Assembly (NCBI RefSeq): GCF_963506605.1
Contig: NC_083277.1
Location: 54,312,001-54,376,000, forward strand
Source of the DNA: Zootoca vivipara
Taxonomy: Eukaryota
DNA length: 64,000 bases
Direction of reading: 5' to 3'
Shown: positions 40,169 to 52,240 of the stretch, piece by piece
Position numbering within the stretch: the first letter of the stretch is position 1
How the letters are laid out: every line of letters begins with the position of its first letter
Made by a program: the position numbers and the translations under genes
Notes under the pieces: generated by a model
Told to the model about the DNA's origin: nothing
Databases searched by the model: none
Seen by the model: only the letters and a program-made list of their open reading frames with translations

Positions 40169-41768
40169 CAGTGAGGGCGGAAAGTATTTGATTCCCTGCT
40201 AAATTTTCCCGTTTGCCCTCTGACGAAGAAATGACCGGTCCATAATTTTAATGGTAGGTTTATTGTAGCTGTGAGAGACAGAATAACAACAGGAAAAACC
40301 CCAGAAACCCATAAGACAAAAGTCAAGAGATTGATGTGCATTATAATGAGTGAAATAAGTATTTGATCCCCTATCAACCAGCCAGATGTCAGGCTACCTG
40401 GTATCTTCACTGTATGTAACGAGCTGAGATTAGAAGCACCTGCTGTAAGGGAGAGGTCTTACCTGTAATCCCAGCTCGTTACAGTACCTGTGCAAAAGAC
40501 ACCTGTCGACAGAAGCAATCATTCAGCAGATTCCAAACTAGCCACCATGACCAAGACCAAAGAGCTGTCCAAGGATGTAAGGGACAAGATTGTAGACCTG
40601 CACAAGGCTGGACTGGGCTACAAGACTATTGCCAAGCAGCTTGGTGAGAACATGACAACAGTTGGTGCAATAATTCACAAGTGGAAGAAACACAAAATAA
40701 CTGTCACCCTCCCTCGGTCTGGGGCTCCATGCAAGATCTCTGCTCACTGAGTTGCAATGATCAGGAGAACGGTGATGAAGCAGCCCAGAACTACACGGGG
40801 GGGGGGGAACTTGTCAATGATCTCAGGGCAGCTGGGACCGTAGTCACCATGAAAACAGTTGGTAGCACACTACACCGTGAAGAACTGAGACCTTGCAGAG
40901 CCCGCAAGGTCCCCTTGCTCAAGACAGCACATGCACAGGCCCGTCTGCAGTTTGCCAATGCACATCTGAATGACCCAGAGGAGAACTGGGCGAAAGTGTT
41001 GTGGTCAGATGAGACCAAAATCGAGCTCTTTGGCATCAACTCAACTCGCCGTGTTTGGAGGAGGAGGAATGCTGCCTACAACCCCAAGAACATCACCCCC
41101 ACTGTCAAACATGGAGGACATATTATGCTTTGGGGGTGTTTTTCTGCTAAGGGGACAGGACACCTTCACCGCATCGAAGGGATGGTGGACGGGACAATGT
41201 ATCATCAAATCTTGGGTAATTTGACGATTTCCCTAAGCCAGGGCATTGAAAATGGGTTGAGGATGGGTATTCCAGCATGACAATGATCCAAAACACACGG
41301 CCAAGGCAACAAAGGAGTGGCTCAAGAAGAAGCACATTAAAGCCCTGGAGACCTCAATTCCATCAAAAATCTGTGGAGGGAGTTGAAGGTTCAGGGAGCT
41401 ACACATCAGCCTCGAAATTTTACTGACTTGGAGAGGATCTGCATAGAGGAGTGGGACAAAATACCACCTGAGATGTGTGCAAACCTGGTGGCCACCTACA
41501 AGAAACATCTGGCCTCTGTAATTGCCAACAAAGGGTTTTGCCACCAAGTACTAAGTCATCTTTTGCAAAGGGATAAAATACTTATTTCACTCATTATAAT
41601 GCATATTAATCTCTGACTTTTGTCTTCTGGGTTTTTGGGGTTTTTCCTGCTGTTATTGTCTCTCACAGCTACAATAAACCTACCATTAAAATTATGGACT
41701 GGTCATTTCTTCGTCAGAGGGCAAACGGGCAAATTTAGCAAGGGATCAAATACTTTCCACCCTCACTG
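40169..41768 (+). mobile_element. Full-length (1600 bp) decayed Tc1-family DNA transposon with ~200-bp terminal inverted repeats
   Basis: TA duplications at 40167-68 and 41769-70; CAGTGAGGG...CCCTCACTG ends; transposase from ATG 40547 ([48 protein letters not shown]) with a stop at 40748, frameshifts and a deletion of the WPSQSP region. Confidence 0.95.
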
Positions 41769-42344
41769 TAAGAACAGCCTAAGGAGAGACCCAGATTAGA
41801 AAATAGCAAAGCAAAAACAAAAAGAACGTGATGTTTACAGGCACCTCCTGATCTTGAGCAGCTCTTCCCAAGAAACAACATACCTATACTTGTACTTAAC
41901 AGTGCCATGATATCTGCATCATAAAAAATTGTTTTGGGAATTACCACTGTTAACCATGTAATTATGACTGTCCAAAGTTTTACACATTTCATGTCCTCTG
42001 ATCTTACTTTTTACAATCACCACACCAACACACAAACACACCTTTGCAACTCAGAATAATTGTACATACATTTTTTTCTGCCTTAGGACTTTTCACTGTT
42101 CGTGTTTGTTACAGCATGTAAAATAAAAGTCTTATTATTTACTGATGTGGTTTATTATGCCAATAATCCATAAACATTTTCTTCTTGAATAAATTTTTGC
42201 CTCCCTTGTTTCAGTTGAATAAACTCATAAGTTTTGCCATTACTGCATTTTCCTGCATTTTGAATTCTCACTATGTCATGCTTCTTGCCTTTTCCAAACA
42301 TTTTGCATACAGTCTTGAAACTCTACTCACAATTGATTTTCCTC

Positions 42345-42550
42345 TTCATGTGATATATGCCATCTGCCAGTTATGCCCTTCTGCATTTTACATAGGGCAG
42401 TCTCTATGCAAAATAAGAAATGGACAAAAATCGGACATCAGAAATGGCAATATGCATTTTAACTGTCCAGTACACTGTGTAAATAAATTTGACGAGTCAC
42501 CCTGTAGCAAAGGAGCTTCATAGAGACACTGCAATGTGAAACCACTAAAT
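42345..42550 (+). mobile_element. Penelope-like element fragment (GIY-YIG endonuclease)
   Basis: VIYAICQLCPSAFYIGQSL.K.RNG.KSDIRNGN. Confidence 0.7.
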
Positions 42551-43495
42551 TACAATACACATCAAGGTGTTTTTATTGCTATATTTGTTGACGGAACAGC
42601 GGAAGAAAATTCTTAGCACATTGTAATTACTTACCAATGCAAAAATATCTGTGACATCAAAAACTGTTTTGTAAATTACACCTGCTAAATACGTAATTCT
42701 CACCGTCGGAGGTTTTGCACATTTCATTTCCCTCTGACCTCACTTTTTACAATCTCTACACCCAAAATATTTATATATGCACTTGCCACTCAGGATAGCA
42801 TTACATGCATAAATGTGTTAGCTTTTAAACCTATTTGTTGTTCTTTTTTCTTGTTATAGCATGTCAAATAAAGGTGTTAGTATCTCCTGAAGTATTGCTT
42901 TATTATGCCAATAATCAACAAACATTTTCCAATCTTTGGGGGGCGGACCTGTAAATTTTTGCCCTTCATTCTTTCATCCTTATAAAACTCATAAGCTTTG
43001 CCATTGGTGTATATTCCTACATTTAGGGTAATCACTGTGACATAGTTGTTGTTGTTGGTATATCAGTGTTCCCCACGTATTTTGCATACCACAATCTTGA
43101 AGCTATAATCTTATATGGCATTAAATTTCCTCAGGGACCAGTTTGGTTATGTATAGCTTAGTACATATAACAATAAAAACAAGAAGGTTGAGGTGTTGCT
43201 GTTTTTTTTAGCACCTATTATTCCAAGATCTAGTGCCCTGTAAATAAATAAATAAATAAATAAGCACTACCCATACTGCCTTGTAGTTATAAACAGCAAT
43301 ACAAATTCTTAAGACGTCAGCTTTGCTACGAGAGTTAAGTTCAATTAGACAGTTGACTGTTTGCTGCAGATTTTCTGAAAAGGACCTGCATCGTAGCACA
43401 GTGGTAAAACATCTGCCCAAGCAGAAGGTCCTAGCTTGAATCCTCAGCATCTTCAGACAGGGCTGGAAATGCCCACAATCTGACATCCTGGAGAG

Positions 43496-43630
43496 CTGCA
43501 CCCCCAAACTCGGCCCTCTAGATGTTTTGGGACTACAACTCCCATGATCCCTAGCTAACAGGACCAGTGGTCAGGGATGATGGGAATTGTAGTCAAAAAC
43601 ATCTGGAGGGCCAAAGGTTGGGGATGCCTG
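43496..43630. mobile_element. Third copy of the ~136-bp hAT MITE, inside an older SINE-like repeat
   Basis: Core CCCATGATCCCTAGCTAACAGGACCAGTGG and GGGGATGCCTG end. Confidence 0.75.
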
Positions 43631-43776
43631 ACATAGACAGTACTGGGCTGCAGGGGTCAATGGTTTGACTCTGTACAAGGCTGCTTCCAAGGCACCAGCA
43701 GCACATCTTTTAAGACCAAGAATACACTGAAATAGGAAAGGGACTCCTGTCAGGGATACAAAGGCTAGATCTATTC

Positions 43777-44029
43777 CATGGGTAGGCAAACTAAGGCCCA
43801 GGGGCCAGATCCGGCCCAACCACCTTCTAAATCTGGCCTGCGGATGGTCTGTGGGATCAGTGTGTTTTTATGAGTAGAATGCGTCCTTTTATTTAAAATG
43901 CATCTCTGGGTTATTTGTGGGGCATAGGAATTTGTTCTTTTCTCTCTTTTTTTCAAAATATAGTCTGACCCCCCACAAGGTCTAAGGGACAGTGGACCGG
44001 TCCCCTGTGAAAAAGTTTGCTGACCCCTG
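43777..44029 (-). mobile_element. 253-bp non-autonomous hAT element with the same ends as 5916-6756
   Basis: TSD ATCTATTC on both sides. Confidence 0.88.
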
Positions 44030-45739
44030 ATCTATTCTATCTGGCAATCTTCATGTGGCATGGTGTGTATCTCCACAGGCTGACTGCTTCTTAATATTTG
44101 AGTTCCTTTATTTCTCAGCTGGCTGCTGACTTTCAGGGTCCGCTTCCTTAGAAAGGTAATGCATAATCCACTGTGCACTGTTCATAAAGACATCTGCTTC
44201 AGCCTCCATTCCACTTATAGCATGATTCTCTTCTGGGTACCACAACAGCCTGCAAAGGGAACAACACAAAATTATATTTTAGAAGTTCCTGTGGACTACG
44301 ATGAGCAAAGACTCTCATATGTAGCTTCTATCAACTCCTATCAGTCCCATCTCCTTCTTTGTAAGGACACAAAGGCCTGTCTCCATCACAGCCTCATCTC
44401 CCTCTTGCCATGACCTGCTCCATCCTCAAAGCCACCTGCTGTTCCCCCTGGATTTTAGGAGAGGATTAGATGTACCATGAAGGACAGGTCTATCCTTCTA
44501 TTCATCAGAATAGCTAAATGGAGCCTTCATGTGGAAAGAAACAGACTCAGCATGCTGCAGATGGTAAGAATGGGTAGGCTATCACTTTTATGTGCTCTCT
44601 GTTGACTCGTAGGAACATGTGGTTGGTTGTTATTTAATGGAGTCAGACATTTCTGATCATACTGTGCTCTTATCTACTTTGAATAGTTCGATTTATGTAC
44701 AAGGAGGTCTCACGACATGGTGCTATTGCATTTCCTGTGTGTTCTAAGCACAACACATTTATTACATGCTAGTTTGCATTTTTTGCTCCCCTGCCCACCC
44801 TTTAGGTAGGTTGTTATCCACATCCCAAATGAAGCACAGAAGCAATGCAAGAATTAGATGTTTCATGACTCTAATAAAAGATTCTGTCCTATGCCTATTT
44901 GATCCTCAGCTGCAATTATAGTGATGCAAGAAAAGAGAAATAGTTACCACTAGACTTAGTAAAAGACACTAAATCTTTTTTCCATCCTGGAAAACAGCAA
45001 CAAACAAATCTGTGTGCTTTTAAGACACTAAGGAAACAGAAACCTATAATTATTTGACAGATAAACCTATCATTTAAGGCTGTAATCATATGCACACTGT
45101 GCATAGAGTAAGCCCATTGAATATAGTATGATTAAATTTCAGGGATGATTAGCTTGGGCTGTTTATGTCCCTTAATGCATATATATATACTTTAAAAGTT
45201 CAGAAGTTTAGCATGGCAACAACAACCTTGAGTACATTCAAAAACATTATTTTGAATGGCAATGAAGTCTTTTGGCTACACTAAACAGAAGAAACAGAAG
45301 CATTTGACAGTATTAAAAACTGGCTCTACATTATGAGTATACTGTGTGTCAGTGCAGAGCTGGAGCTGATTTAAGCAGAGCAGCAATTGCAGCATGTGCT
45401 TTGGAAAAATGATCTCTGAGCTAACTCCATTGCTGTCACTTGTTGAAGTCTGATACTGCGTCATTGAATTGTGTATCTGTTCATTGAGAAGAAAAACGAC
45501 AGATGGATGTCAACAACTGGATTGGGGTCAGAGAAATAAGCAGCCACCAAAAAACAGTAAACTGCACTGGGGAAGATGTTATGAAGCTTTTAAGCTTGGG
45601 GCACGAGATAGCTTCCTGTGGTGGAAATAATATTTTTAATGAAGTGGGATAATAGGCTAAAAAGCCATGAGAACCAAAACTAAGAGGGTCTGAGTGTAAG
45701 CACGACAATGCCATTTCTTGATGTTCCTTCCTTGCTTCA

Positions 45740-46113
45740 TGGGCCCTTTCCCCAACTCCTAACACTTTTTCCCTGCAGAGAAAAATCTGGGCCACTGCAG
45801 TGGATGCCAGTGGCAATCTTTCTTATTCATATAACTCCCAAAATGGAGCAACATCCCTGATTCACAAAAGGTTGTGCGACAAGAAGCCCTTCTATACAGT
45901 CTGTATCAACACCACTATCCCAAATAAGAGCCTTGTGGAACTTGGTAGTACGTGAGCACATTGATTTACATAGTTTGATGCTGAGTTCATTTGCATAGTT
46001 CCCAATGGATTAAAAAGTATGCTGCTGATCTGTTGCCATCACACTTACGCGCTGCATGAACTCAAGAACTTTGATCAGTGCACCCGTACAGCAGTCTGCA
46101 AGAATCTGGAAAT
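45740..46113 (+). promoter_or_regulatory. TAS2R copy 3 proximal promoter module
   Basis: Same blocks; ATTTGCAT 45989-45996. Confidence 0.6.
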
Positions 46114-47013
46114 ATGCTTTCTTCCAAAATCATTGCGTTTCTGGTGGCCGCAATTGACTGGGTTCTAGGTGGGCTCATCTCCAACGGTTTTATAGTTGCA
46201 GTGATGGTCACTGAATGGGCTCAATGCAAGAGTCTTGCAACTTGTGAACAACTACTTCTCTCTCTGGGTACGTCCAATATCTTTGCCACTGCCTGTGAGA
46301 TTGCAGTCATTACTAATTTCTTCATAACCAACTCAAGCAACGGCTTAGTGTTTCAAACATTCTACTTCTTTGCAACCTTTGTCTCATACACACGGTTTTG
46401 TTTCACTGCCTGGCTCTGCGTGTTCTATTGCATCAAGATAGTGAACAGCACCCACACCTTCTTCCTTTGGTGCAAGCTGAGGATATCGCAGCTGCTGCCC
46501 TGGCTTCTTGTGGGATCCCAAGTCTTTTCGTTTTTTGTTTCCTTGATTACAATCCCACATATTTCTTTTCAGCTCCAAAGCAACATAGCAACCAACACTT
46601 CAAATGTGACTCAAGGGAAGAAAGCAACCCAACCTCCCCATTCTCTGCAAGCCTTTTTTTTAATTACTGCTACTGGCTGTCCCCTTCTTGTGGTTTTATT
46701 GTGCTCCATTGTGATTGTAGCCTCACTCTGCACACATGTCTGCAAGATGACAGGTAAAGGAGCCAGTCTTCGAAGCCTCCAAACAAAAGCTCATATCAGG
46801 GCAGCCAGGACAGTGCTCTCCCTCCTGATCCTTTACATTTCTTTTTACGTGGCACATTCCATAATTGTACTTGAAAATATTGAAAGAATCACCTCTGTTT
46901 ATTCAGTGTGTCTAGCAGTGATCCTAATGTACTCCCCAGCACAGGGTGCCATCCTGCTGTTGGCTAATCCCAAGCTCAAGCAGGCAGCTATACAGATGCT
47001 TCCAAAAACATAG
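46114..47013 (+). CDS. TAS2R: Bitter taste receptor TAS2R (copy 3), 299 aa
   Basis: ATG at 46114 (MLSSKIIAFL) aligns with the paralog starts; the GTG start in the ORF track is not used. Confidence 0.92.
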   Translation: MLSSKIIAFLVAAIDWVLGGLISNGFIVAVMVTEWAQCKSLATCEQLLLSLGTSNIFATACEIAVITNFFITNSSNGLVFQTFYFFATFVSYTRFCFTAWLCVFYCIKIVNSTHTFFLWCKLRISQLLPWLLVGSQVFSFFVSLITIPHISFQLQSNIATNTSNVTQGKKATQPPHSLQAFFLITATGCPLLVVLLCSIVIVASLCTHVCKMTGKGASLRSLQTKAHIRAARTVLSLLILYISFYVAHSIIVLENIERITSVYSVCLAVILMYSPAQGAILLLANPKLKQAAIQMLPKT

Positions 47014-47489
47014 CCTTAAATTCACGAGGAAAAACTAGAAGGCGTGAGGGTTTTTTTTGGCCTTATTGTGCTACTAATCGAGAAATGTTTTCCAATGCTG
47101 AACAAACCTGTTAATTTTTTTGTCTCCTCCTTTCACCCTTATGCAATGCCTAAGCTTCCCATTACAGCATATTCCTACATTTATGTCGCCCACTTTGCCA
47201 CGAACCTTTCCCTACCTATTCTGCATTAACACAATCTTGCAGCTACAATGATACATGGCATTAAGACCATGGACTCATTTGTACAAGTTAGTATAAATAT
47301 AATGGATTCTAAAGTCTAAATTGCCGCAGTGTCATTTTTGTCTGTTATATTCTATTACCGATGACCAAAACCTCTTTGCCTCATTACACACATACCATAT
47401 GAAAACATAACTTTGAATGTTTTCTTTGACTCTTCCCTTCCTTCTCTAAATTAATCCTTACTTAAGTACAGAAGCTTTCCCTTAATTTT

Positions 47490-47846
47490 AGGTAAAGGTA
47501 AAGGGACCCCTGACCGTTAAGTCCAATCGCGAACAACTCTGGGGTTGCAGCGCTCACCTCGCTTTACAGGCCGAGGGAGCTGGCATTTGTCTGCAGACAG
47601 TTTTTCTGGGTCATGTGGCCAACATGAAGAAGCCGCTTCTGGTGAACCAGAGAAGCACACGGAAACGCTGTTTACCTTTCCGCTGGAGCAGTACCTATTA
47701 ATCTACATGCACTTTTGGCGTGCTTTCGAACTGCTAGGTTGGCAGGAGCTGGGACCGAACAACCGCAGCTCACCCTGTCGCGGGGATTCGAAGCACCGAC
47801 CTTCTGATTGGCAAGCCCAAGAGGCTCAGTGGTTTAGACCACTTTG
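47490..47846 (-). mobile_element. Sauria SINE
   Basis: AAAGGTAAAGG tail and family core on the minus strand. Confidence 0.85.
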
Positions 47847-48159
47847 CCTACTATTAAATGTTCCTAAGCGGTACAACCCTAACACTTCTGTTCAACCCTA
47901 ACAGTGAGCTCCTTCCTGTTATACCCAAGGCACCAACTGGTGACTACCAGTGTGACTACCATTAGGGTTGATCTGTCTCCTGACAAACCAAATGTACTAT
48001 GAAATATCACCCAACATTTTTTCCAAGGTAAACCATGCAAATTAGTCCTGCTTCTGAAAAATAGTTGAATCAAACCCAAACACATTACTATCACACATCT
48101 CCATATTTAGCATAGATAATTGCATTGATGAATTGCATTGGTTATGCTATTATTGGTTA

Positions 48160-49210
48160 TTATTTCTTGTATAGAAGCAATGGGCTGGACGAGGTAACTG
48201 TTGGGTTGATTTTTATTTTTATTTTGTTTATTGGATTTATATACCACCCTATACCCGCAGGTCTCAGGCCTTTGTAGCTGGTTGACTGACTGAACCCAGA
48301 ATGCTCACTAATGGTTCCTCATCATTCAAAAAAGGAGAAGTGGGGTGCCACAGGGTTCTGTCCTAAGTCTGCTGTTGTTCAATGTCTTTATAAAAGATTT
48401 GGATGAAGGAATTGAGGGGATGCTCATCAAATTTACAGATGACACCAAGCTGGGAGGGATAGCTAATGCCACAAAAGGCAGAATTGGGGTTCAGTATGAC
48501 CTTAACTCATTGAAGAACTGGGCTCAAACTAACACAATGAATTTCGGTAGGGACAAATATAAGGTTCTGCAATTAGGCAGAAATACCAGCTGCACAAATA
48601 TAAGATGAGGAACACCTGGCTTGCCAATAGTACATGTGAAAAGGATCTAGGGGTCTTAGTAGACCACAAGTGTAGCATGAGTCAACAGTGTGATGCAGCA
48701 GCAAAAAAGCTAATGGTCTAGAACAGGGGTGGCCAACTCCCAAGAGACTGTGATCTACTCACAGAGTTTAAAAAGTGGCAGTGATCTACCCCCCATTTTG
48801 GGGTTCAGGTCAAAGAGCATTTTTTAGGAAGGAGGGAGGCCCTTCTTTCCAGGAGGAGGTAAAATGTTGAGCTTTTTTTAGGGGAGCCACAGTTGTTCAG
48901 CTTCTTTGGGGGAGCCAATGATCTACCAGTGATCTACCACAGACATCCAGTGATCTACCAGTAGATCACGATCTACCTGTTGGACATGCCTGGTCTAGAA
49001 GACCATTTGTCTTCTAGACAACAGGCTGCACCAACAGAAGTATGGTGTTCAGATCAAGGGAAGTCAATAGTACCACTCTATTATGACTTGGTCAGATCAC
49101 ACCTGGAGTATTGTTTCCAGTTCTGGGCACCACAATTTAAGAAGGATCTTGACAAGCTGGAAGGTGTGCAGAGGAGGGCAGCCAAGATGATCAGGGGTCT
49201 GGAAACTAAA
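48160..49210 (+). mobile_element. Degenerate CR1 ORF2 fragment
   Basis: VPQGSVL..IKFTDDTKLGG and [16 protein letters not shown], with stops. Confidence 0.85.
48724..48992. mobile_element. 269-bp hAT MITE inserted in a CR1 fragment
   Basis: TSD GTCTAGAA on both sides; CAGGGGTGGCCAAC / GTTGGACATGCCTG ends; subterminal GATCTAC repeats. Confidence 0.88.
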
Positions 49211-50017
49211 GTATGGACATGTAGAACCACATTGGTCAAATTAATTGCCTGCATTTCCTTCTGTTCTGTTGTTATCTACATCCCAATGGGCAACTGAAGC
49301 AGAGAGGTAATGAAAGAATTAGAAGTTTCATAAATCTAAACAAAGGCACTGCCTCAAGCCTGCTTAATCATCACCAGCAATCACAAGGGATGCAAATACA
49401 GAAGGGATAGATTTCCCACTCTGCTATCTCTGGCACACATCTTTGCATTTTCCTTTCGGTAAACAGCTGCAAACAAATTTATGCCTTTAAAGATACTGAT
49501 GGAAGAAAAACTTATCATAATTTGACAGATAAACGTATCAATTAAAGCAGCAATCAATCCTGCATTGCAGGGGGTTGGATTAAACAACCCTCTGGGTCCC
49601 TTCCAACTCTACAACTCTAAGTTTATTCTTACCAAGTACCTCAGTTCAGCTGGAACTTGTTCTGAGGAATGAGGTTGTCCCTGTGGAGTCAGGAAAAACC
49701 TCTATGGTGTAAGCCACTCCTGGTTTCAACAGTTCTCAACCAGAGGCAGTAGCTTGTTGTTCTGGCTGATCTTCTAAAAACCTAGCGTCACGTCTAATGC
49801 AAACAATGCTTATAATACTACTGCTACTGATTATCGTCTGGGGCCTGGATGTTTCTCAGCCAAGGAGCATAACCAAGTGCCTCCTTGCATTTCATGAAAG
49901 CTTCATCCCTATTTTCAGCAAGGACAAAAACACCTCGTGAGGATGAGATTTCTGGGATGGTGATGTCCTCACAGCTGAGCCTCTTCCCTGTGACATGACA
50001 CTTAACCAACAGGACTA

Positions 50018-50430
50018 ATAGAATCATAGAGTTGGAAGAGACCACAAGGGCCATCCAGTCCAACCCCCTGCCAAGCAGGAAACACCATCAAAGCATTCCT
50101 GACAGATGGCTGTCAAGCCTCCGCTTAAAGACCTCCAAAGAAGGAGACTCCACCACACTCCTTGGCAGCAAATTCCACTGTCGAACAGCTCTTACTGCCA
50201 GGAAGTTCTTCCTAACATTTAGGTGGAATCTTCTTGTAGTTTGAATCCACTGCTCTGTGTCTGCTTCTCTGGAGCAGCAGAAAACAACCTTTCACCCTCT
50301 TCCATATGACATCCTTTTCTATATTTGAACATGGCTATCATATCACCCCTTAATCTTCTCTTCTCCAGGCTAAACATACCCAGCTCCCTAAGCCGTTCCT
50401 CATAAGGCATCATTTCCAGGCCTTTGACCA
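50018..50430 (-). mobile_element. CR1 LINE 3' fragment
   Basis: [30 protein letters not shown] on the minus strand; 3' tail. Confidence 0.92.
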
Positions 50431-50523
50431 CTAGTGCTTAGCTTGGGGGGGGGATTCATGAAAGGAACAGCCAGAACCAGTGACTGAAAAGAAGAGGGTT
50501 CAACTCATGTATTTCCTTGGGCA

Positions 50524-50846
50524 ATGTCTGTAACGTTGGCTTTTGGGTAACTGCAGCTGACTTGGTCCTTTGCGGGCTCATTTGCAATGCCTTTATAGTT
50601 ATAATCACTGAATGGGCTAAACGTGGGAGCCTCACTACTAGTAACATCTTCTGTTCCAAACTATGTCCAATATCTGTAAGACAGTTTTACTGACTGCAAT
50701 TTTCCTTAATTACTATATAGAGTGTTTAGGAACTACTTGGAGAATTCACAGCATTTTCTATTTACCTTTGTCATATTCTCCCCATTTTGGCTCTGCCTAG
50801 CTCTGCATCTTCTGTTGTATCAAGATAAGTGAACAATGCCCAATCC
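50524..50846 (+). pseudogene. TAS2R: Truncated TAS2R pseudogene (TM1-TM3 only)
   Basis: Fragments VTAADLVLCGLICNAFIVIITEWAK / MSNICKTVLLT / A*LCIFCCIKI-VN with frameshifts and a TAG replacing Trp; no 3' half. Confidence 0.8.
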
Positions 50847-51237
50847 TATGCCTGCTTACCCAGAAGAAAATGACCAGAGTAGGGCTTGCTTCTGAGTAAA
50901 CATGCACACGGGGTTTTTCCCCCCTGCTCTGATGTTTCTATATGATCAGTTCTTTGCATATTGTTTCTCCTTCATTGTACACCAAATGTCTCTCCCTCAA
51001 CATTGTGTAAAATTGCATTTTCTGTGTACTCGAATCACACATTCTTTCTTCAACGTTCTTTCATACCTTGTATGAAAGTTATTATCCAAATCCCAAGGGA
51101 CAACTGAAGCACAGAGGTAATGCAAGAATTAGACTTTTCAGGCATCTAAATAAAGATGCTGCCATATTTCTTTCTTCTTCTACAGCATTTCACACCCATC
51201 TTTGGATATAACCCTCTTCAAGATCCCTCTATCACTT

Positions 51238-52240
51238 TCTCATCCTGGAGAGTAGTGACTAGTGGGGTGCCACAGGGTTCTGTCTTGGGCCCAGTCTTAT
51301 TCTCAATCCTCATCAATGACTTGGATGATGGGCTTGAGGGCATCCTGAACAAGTTTGCAGACGACACCAAATTGGGAGGGGTGGCAAATACCCCAGAGGA
51401 CAGGATCACACTTCAAAATGACCTTAACAGATTAGACAACTGGGCCAAAGCAAACAAGATGAATTTTAACAAGGAGAAATGTAAGGTACTACACTTGGGC
51501 AAAAAAACGAAAGGCACAAATACAGGATGGGTGACACCCGACTTGAGAGCAGTACATGTGAAAAGGACCTAGGAGTCTTGGTAGACCACAGACTTGACAT
51601 GAGTCAGCAGTGTGATGCAGCAGCTAAAAAAGCCAATGCAATTCTGGGCTGCATCAATAGGAGTATAGCATCTAGATCTAGGGAAGTAATAGTACCACTG
51701 TATTCTGCTCTGGTCAGACCTCACCTGGAGTACTGTGTCCAGTTCTGGGCACCACAGTTCAAGAAGGATACTGACAAGCTGGAACGTGTCCAGAAGAGGG
51801 CAACCAAAATGGTCAAAGGCCTGGAAACGATGCCTTATGAGGAACGGCTTAGGGAGCTGGGTATGTTTAGCCTGGAGAAGAGAAGGTTAAGGGGTGATAT
51901 GATAGCCATGTTTAAATATATGAAAGGATGTCATATAGAGGAGGGAGAAAGATTGTTTTCTGCTGCTCCAGAGAAGCGGATACGGAGCAATGGATTCAAA
52001 CTTCAAGAAAGAAGATTCCACCTAAACATTAGGAAGAACTTCCTGACAGTAAGAGCTGTTTGGCAGTGGAATTTGCTACCAAGGAGTGTGGTGGAGTCTC
52101 CTTCTTTGGAGGTCTTTAAGCAGAGGCTTGACAGCCATATGTCAAGAATGCTTTGATGGTGTTTCCTGCTTGGCAGGGGGTTGGACTGGATGGCCCTTGT
52201 GGTCTCTTCCAACTCTATGATTCTATGATTCTATGATTCT
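51238..52240 (+). mobile_element. Young CR1 LINE, ~1-kb 3' fragment
   Basis: [20 protein letters not shown] and [11 protein letters not shown] motifs; one frameshift in an A-run; (ATTCTATG)n tail. Confidence 0.95.
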
